Positions 58,045 to 64,000 of a stretch of 64,000 nt of DNA are shown here, one piece after another. Under the pieces are notes generated by a model that was given only the letters and a program-made list of their open reading frames with translations, was not told the origin of the DNA and did no database searches. Positions within the stretch are counted from its first letter, which is position 1. Every line of letters starts with the position of its first letter. The DNA lies in contig NW_002060947.1 of NCBI RefSeq assembly GCF_000150275.1, forward strand, positions 2,593,740 to 2,657,739. Reading direction: 5' to 3'. The DNA is from Trichoplax adhaerens. Taxonomy: Eukaryota > Animalia > Placozoa. Position numbers and translations under genes: made by a program.

Positions 58045-58114
58045 ACAGTACATTTTGCAAGACTCTGATATACTGTACAGTACTGTACGGTACAGTACTG
58101 TACAGTACTGTACA
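58045..58114. repeat. (GTACW)n array at the presumed SUPT20H transcription start
   Basis: tactgtacagtactgtacggtacagtactgtacagtactgtacag, directly upstream of the UTR exon ending at 57902. Confidence 0.85.
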
Positions 58115-58201
58115 GGTTCAGGTTCAATAGTAAATAAATAATAATAAATGAATAAATAAATAAATAATAATAATATACTAATTGTAAAATAAGATAAAAA
58201 C

Positions 58202-58207
58202 AAAAAA
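58202..58207 (-). terminator. RNA polymerase III oligo-T terminator of tRNA-Val
   Basis: T6 run on the minus strand about 10 nt downstream of the tRNA 3' end. Confidence 0.8.
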
Positions 58208-58216
58208 CTTATTAGA

Positions 58217-58289
58217 TGTTTCCGCCCGGGATCGAACCGGGGACCTTGCGCGTGTTAGGCGCACGTGATAACCACTACACTACGGAAAC
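58217..58289 (-). tRNA. tRNA-Val (AAC)
   Basis: GTTTCCGTAGTGTAGTGGTTATCACGTGCGCCTAACACGCGCAAGGTCCCCGGTTCGATCCCGGGCGGAAACA: 73 nt, acceptor stem GTTTCCG/CGGAAAC, A and B boxes, anticodon AAC. Confidence 0.98.
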
Positions 58290-59900
58290 AACTCCTGAAG
58301 GAGCTTGTCAATTTAACAGTTTTATATTATACTCACGTCGTCAGCTCACTACTTCGCAATCAGAAGATCTTGGTCATCCTTTATAATCTTTATGAGTTAT
58401 CTAGTGCTGTACAGTATTCCTTCACTATATAGTGTGTTACAGTACGCGATTCAGAAGAATTAGATTATAATTTAGGAGGAAAAAAGTTTGTTGTTCCGAA
58501 CCTTTCTCAGGTCTAGCTATGAATAATAATTACGTGATTCCTCGTTACGTGTTCGTATTGAGTTCATGAATATTTACATTGGATCCCAATGTTTTGAGCA
58601 TACACAAAAATAATAATTTCGAGATAGTTGTTAACATTGCTTTGAGAGTCGTGGCCTAGTTAAAAATTATTTAAACTCTATGAATATATAAATTTCAAAA
58701 TTTATGTACAGTACGTTACACGTAGGCATAAATCACGAGTAATAACAATCGAAATTGTTTCAATAAAATGATAATTATTATCTACGCTTTTCTAAACTCA
58801 CATATGAATATATATATATATATATATCGGTATAATTGGGTCTCCACTGTGCCCGAACGTTATAATGAAGTTAAAGCATAGATTTTGCATCATGGTTGTG
58901 AATGTACCACATTTAAGGATTACGCTATTTGAACTTTGTATAGTGTATAATTTGAATCTATTTAGATACTGATATTCATTGAACATACAGGATACGATGA
59001 TCAGATTAAATTGTAAATAATAAAATTATATGATACATGCTGAGGTGCTGGAGCAATTTTATTTTTAGTGTTTTTCGAAATGGCACTGTTTCATATTGTC
59101 TGGCACTTATAATAATTTAGCGAGTATGATATAAATAATTAATCAGAGATCAAAGGCAAATTGCTAATAGGTAATAAAAAGAGGAGTTATCAGTTACTAT
59201 AAGCAATGACACGATGGACAATTCACTCCAAAAGAGTGTATATTGTTATTAGTATTATTAAGGCTATCAGATAGCCAAAAATCTAGCAAAGGCAATACGC
59301 AATCTTTCAAAATTATAACCTACGACTTATTATACAGTATTACAGCAGCTAAATTAAATGAAACGTTTAATAACCGAATACAAGAATAATGTTACGTTAC
59401 GTTATAATGGCTTTCTTATTAATGTATACCTGACGCTAAAAACTTTGTGCACCTTCAATCTCACATAAATGTGGCTATAAGTATGAAATTAGTTGTCGCA
59501 ATGAAGTAAGTATCTAATATCATGTACTATCATCATACGCTTCAACATCAACAATCGTAGCAACAAATTATAAAGATTTTTTAAAAGCAAAGCAAAACAG
59601 ATCTCAACAATATCTATAGCCGTTATTAAAGCCATATTATTTATAGCCTAAATACACAATGCCATCTCTAATAATTGATTATAGGTATATATACACATCG
59701 TATACATATATATATATGTATGTATGTATATAATACAGACAATATGGGTTAGATCTCGAAGTAAATTTATAAAGTTTCAGTATTAATAGCATTTTAAGAC
59801 ACAATCGAGTATAGACATAATCTGATTTTCTTCCGGTTATTCGAATCTAACGTTAATCGGCATAATAACATCTAAAGTTAGTTTTTGATTATAGAAATGC

Positions 59901-62900
59901 TTATAAACCAAACCAATGATCATCACGGCAATTGCTATTCCATTCCTTGCAACATATCCAACACCATTGAAATCTACATCTTGGAATGGGACACGACATG
60001 TGCATGCAACCACCTATAATTAATTTTATGGAAATAAAAGGTGATATCACAACCCAGAAAAAAAATCTTAGAGAAAATGCGATCTAGTTCTTAACACAAT
60101 GCGGAGCTATGGCACAGTAAAGTTACTAAATAGTCTTTAACAGTTATACTTTGATATAATATCACTGATGCGAGCACAACATTTGCTTATCATATGGTAT
60201 ATTCATAGAATAAATTTAAGCTGTAGATATCTGCTCACAAACCACTTTTTTGAATAGGTGTATTGCATTTTGGGCAGGGTTTAGAAATCTTCTTAATAGT
60301 TTCTTTAGTTTTACGCTCCCACCTAGCCTTATCAGCATCTGCTGCATTGATACGATATGGCTGTGAAATAAAATAGTAAGAAGTATTACAATAACACGAT
60401 AGAAGTTATTTCTTGTAATTATGTTATAATTCTGATTAAACAAACCTGTGTATAATTATGGCAGTTATCAGATATTTCATATGTTTCGCACGATCCTTCA
60501 TGCCAGACTTTCAGGCATCGACGACAAAAAATTAACTATTGGAGTAAATAATTTTATTCCTGAATTGGGATGGGAAATATCTATCCTGATTAAGTAACGT
60601 ACTACTGTACATACTCCGCAGCCAATTTTATCAGGGCATTCTATACAGTTATCATCGCCATCATAGAGTATGCCTTGCCCACAATTGGGCCCGGGGCAAA
60701 GAACGCCTCCTAAACTTAAAGTTAGTTCTTCGGCTCCAAATTTATGGTAGCGTTCATACTTGAAGAGATTTACAGAAACGATAAATTAAATGCACAGCAC
60801 ATTGTTATAACAATGCCGAAATTTAGCAGTAAACTATTTATCCTCACGTTTTTCTTTCCAAGAATTCGAAAATGATGACAGTCTTTAATATGAGAACCTT
60901 CGCAACCAACTTAAAATCAATGAAAATCAATGAGAATTTATCATTATTACTTCTGCTGTAACTTTACAAGATTAAATGGTTCCTTATAAGGCAGCATCCT
61001 AACCCATAATAACATTTATATTTACCTGGGCAAGGAATCGTATAGCCTATGCCTTCTACGAAATCAAATTGCCGATCATTCATTTTAGTAAGGCAGAGCT
61101 CGCGAAAGCAATTTAAGCATAGCGTATGTCCACTTTCACAGCTAAATACCAACACTACGTCTCTGAAAGAATAATTTGCAATTTTTTTGCTTTAGAGGTG
61201 AAAAATAACGTCAATACTATACAACACAGTGATCAACAAATAGAAAGCACGAATTTTGCTTCACTTTCTGACCTCTGTTCGTAACAAATTAAACATGGAA
61301 CTGCTCTAGTATTAGTACGAATTTGATACAACGGTGCCGAGAACTCATTTTCATCGGCTAAATGAGATCCACACTTGAAATAAAATTCCTAAAAAATCTT
61401 AATCTTATAAAAAGGATCTTGCATATTTTTATAACTATTACAACATTCGATCATAAGTATTATTTCAACAATAATAACGAAAAATAAAGCTTACAACAAT
61501 AGTATTTGAACACTCAAATTGACAAGTTCCTTTGATTCTGCCATAAATTAAAATATCATCCCATGATTCAGGCCCCTAATAACAAAATATCAATATAAAC
61601 TTTATAGTGCACATTGGCAAAACCGTCTAAATTCTATGAATTTTGTGCCTCATGCTAGCATAGCTCTTTAGCAGTAAAATGATATTTATCTGATATTCAA
61701 AATGATAACTTTCATATTTAAAAGCCTAATAATGCTGCAGACTATAGACTTAGCAATCGTATTAATGTGACTAACAACATAAATCAAAATTAGAAATTAG
61801 TTTAAAGCATCTAAACGTCTGGATATCATCAGTCATGTGCACAAATGCGCGCACTCGTACGATAGCAGCGCAAAATCACGAAAAGTATCTAAGTACTCAC
61901 CCGGACGAGTGTAACAGAACTCTCTTTACATTTGCTACATCTTGCACGTAATTTACCAGGTGTAACGGTACCGCAACGTTTACAATACACATAAAAACGA
62001 GAAGATATGTTATGGCCTAATAAACAAAGCAGAAACAATTACGTTATATGTTAATATATAGTGGCACCGTATAAAGAAAACCAGAAAATGAAAAATACTA
62101 CTAGGATAAATGTAAAATTTACATCATTGATTGTAGTAGAGAGTTCTTAATTAGACTCTTAACTTTAATTATATATAATTATAATATAGTACTAGCTTAT
62201 GCACGCCGTGCAAATGAGATTTTGATTATATTTATACGAGTGTGACTTTAGATTTACAGTTAATGAAATATTTCACTGATTTATATTACTGCACTAAGCC
62301 AGAGTATCATAACTGTTGGATCTCATTTCGCTTAATTATATTTTGTACTCACAGTCAGAAATTTACATTAACATTTAACATATGTTATGGGACATTGGGA
62401 CTGGTCATTATCATAAATGAATCATGCGATATTTCAGTCCATTAGCCAATATGCAGACTGACAAGTATACGTATAGTACTATATCATGGACTTCTAAGAG
62501 AATTTCACTTAGAAGTTCCAGACAGTATTATATGTTTCGAAAAAATGTACTCAGTACACTACAGTACAAAACCTAATCTTAGTGTACAGTCAAGAAATTA
62601 GTAATTCTTGATAATATCGCTATTTAGGCCGAAGTCCGTCAGTCTATTAACAATAAGTGACAGAAATTTGTTTAATTTACGTACTAGGATCTGAATTCTT
62701 ATCAATCGCTTTCATGATCATAGCTTCTTCAATAGGTAATCCTGTGGCCGGGTAGTAATTATTTAGATTGCAGTTTTTATCAACCCTCACTCCTTCATTT
62801 TCATCATCTTGCGATCTTAAAATAGCGTGAACAACGCTGAAAGTAGAAATTTGGCACTCCTATAGAAATGACATTTAATTATGCCATCAATATGTATACT

Positions 62901-63914
62901 TTAATTAATATACAAGTTACAAGAAAAAGGGAAATATGGATCTACATGACTTTATAATTGACTATAAGAATTTGTACAGAATACTACAAAAATCCCATAT
63001 CCATGTACAGTATGTACAGTCAATAATTATAATCGAATTTTCAAGTGGTTACTTCCATACTTGTTTTACAATGAACACCAGAAGAACTATAATGTATCAA
63101 TTAGGTAACGGGGTGCACGTATACTGAGATGTCCACTACAGAAATAAAACTCTCAATTAGCCTCTACTATACAAATTTTGTTCAGTTATGTATTACTATA
63201 GAAATTCTTGGATCAGATCTGATTCAAATTTTTACACTATGCAATTCATTCTATTCTTTAGCTCAAAAAGAAACCTTAATTATTGATAAACTTATAGACA
63301 AAATTTACGACAGAAAGCGTACCAGAGTCATAATCAAGATTCTATACTCATTTAACTAATAATACAACCTCGTAATTACCGTAAACCTTTTTAACTTAAC
63401 AAGACAATAATTTTCAGATACTAAAGCACTCCAAATATCAGCATAATATTCCTGATTACAGCTGTTACTGACTTGCTCTAATACTGCAGTATCATTATTG
63501 TAACTCGTAATCCGTAAGTACAGCATATTCTCAGAAATTAGTACTGTACTTAGGGCTTTCAACGCGAAACTAGCGACCGAAATACAGTACTGTACAGTAC
63601 ATCTATACAGTACGTTAATACGAGTACTGTAGAAACGGTAAATGTAGCACTAGAATATGTAGTACTGTATACGCGTGAATCTACTAGGTATTAGCGTATT
63701 GCATTGCTACTTGTAGTACCCTGATACTTTGGTTGTTATTCAAAGCTTGACCGGCAAAGATAACCCCAATTCTCTGCGAGTCTATTTGTAGGTCAATATC
63801 TGACAGTTTTTGACTTAGAGCATGCTTCAAGCGCAAGACCGTCCAACTACCATCTGCTTCTAATGTTGTAGTGGTTCCGTCGTTACAGCGTACTTTAATT
63901 ATTCGCTTATCCAT
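59901..63914 (-). CDS. PRKN: E3 ubiquitin-protein ligase Parkin (Ubl-RING0-RING1-IBR-REP-RING2)
   Basis: Ubl ...[10 protein letters not shown]...FSVVHAI; RING0 [29 protein letters not shown]; RING1 [16 protein letters not shown]; HHFRILG; [23 protein letters not shown]; REP ARWE; RING2 KPCPKC...GGCMHMSC...WCWIC...DHWFGL*. Confidence 0.98.
63540..63670. repeat. GTACW cluster at the start of Parkin intron 1
   Basis: gtactgtac, tacagtactgtacagtac, gtactgta within about 200 nt of the exon 1 donor. Confidence 0.7.
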
Positions 63915-64000
63915 ACATAACAGTTTCTAGTCTGTACCATACGTCTAATACCATAACCAATGCTTTCTCAAAGTTCTTTTAGAAGCTAAAGATACTTTCA

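Overview
AT-rich (roughly 30-33% GC by eye), gene-dense eukaryotic DNA with many short GT-AG introns and clear animal orthologues. The compact architecture suggests a non-bilaterian animal, most likely a placozoan (Trichoplax-like); this is inference. In order, the window holds: the 3' end of an unidentified Ser-rich gene (+), ATG7 (-), NOL8 (+), EFCAB10 (-), ORC5 (+), SMCR8 (-), an orphan ~85-aa single-pass membrane microprotein (+), a GH47 alpha-1,2-mannosidase (-), SUPT3H (+), a 104-aa stand-alone FLASH/CASP8AP2 N-terminal protein (-), CEP85 (+), SUPT20H (-), tRNA-Val(AAC) (-) and Parkin (-). The first 12 genes alternate strands. Main observations: (1) every head-to-head promoter, and the SUPT20H 5' end, carries an array of a strand-symmetric pentamer (GTAC[A/T])n that is sparse elsewhere, a candidate promoter-marking element; (2) a minimal FLASH with only the LDLY-like motif, the coiled coil and a PY-NLS-like tail; (3) a ~100-bp-arm intronic hairpin in NOL8 whose mismatches are mostly G-U wobbles on the sense strand; (4) a probable minor-spliceosome AT-AA intron in CEP85; (5) a dileucine-bearing microprotein head-to-head with SMCR8. 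Gene models were spliced by hand, family calls rest on recalled motifs, and no database searches were run.
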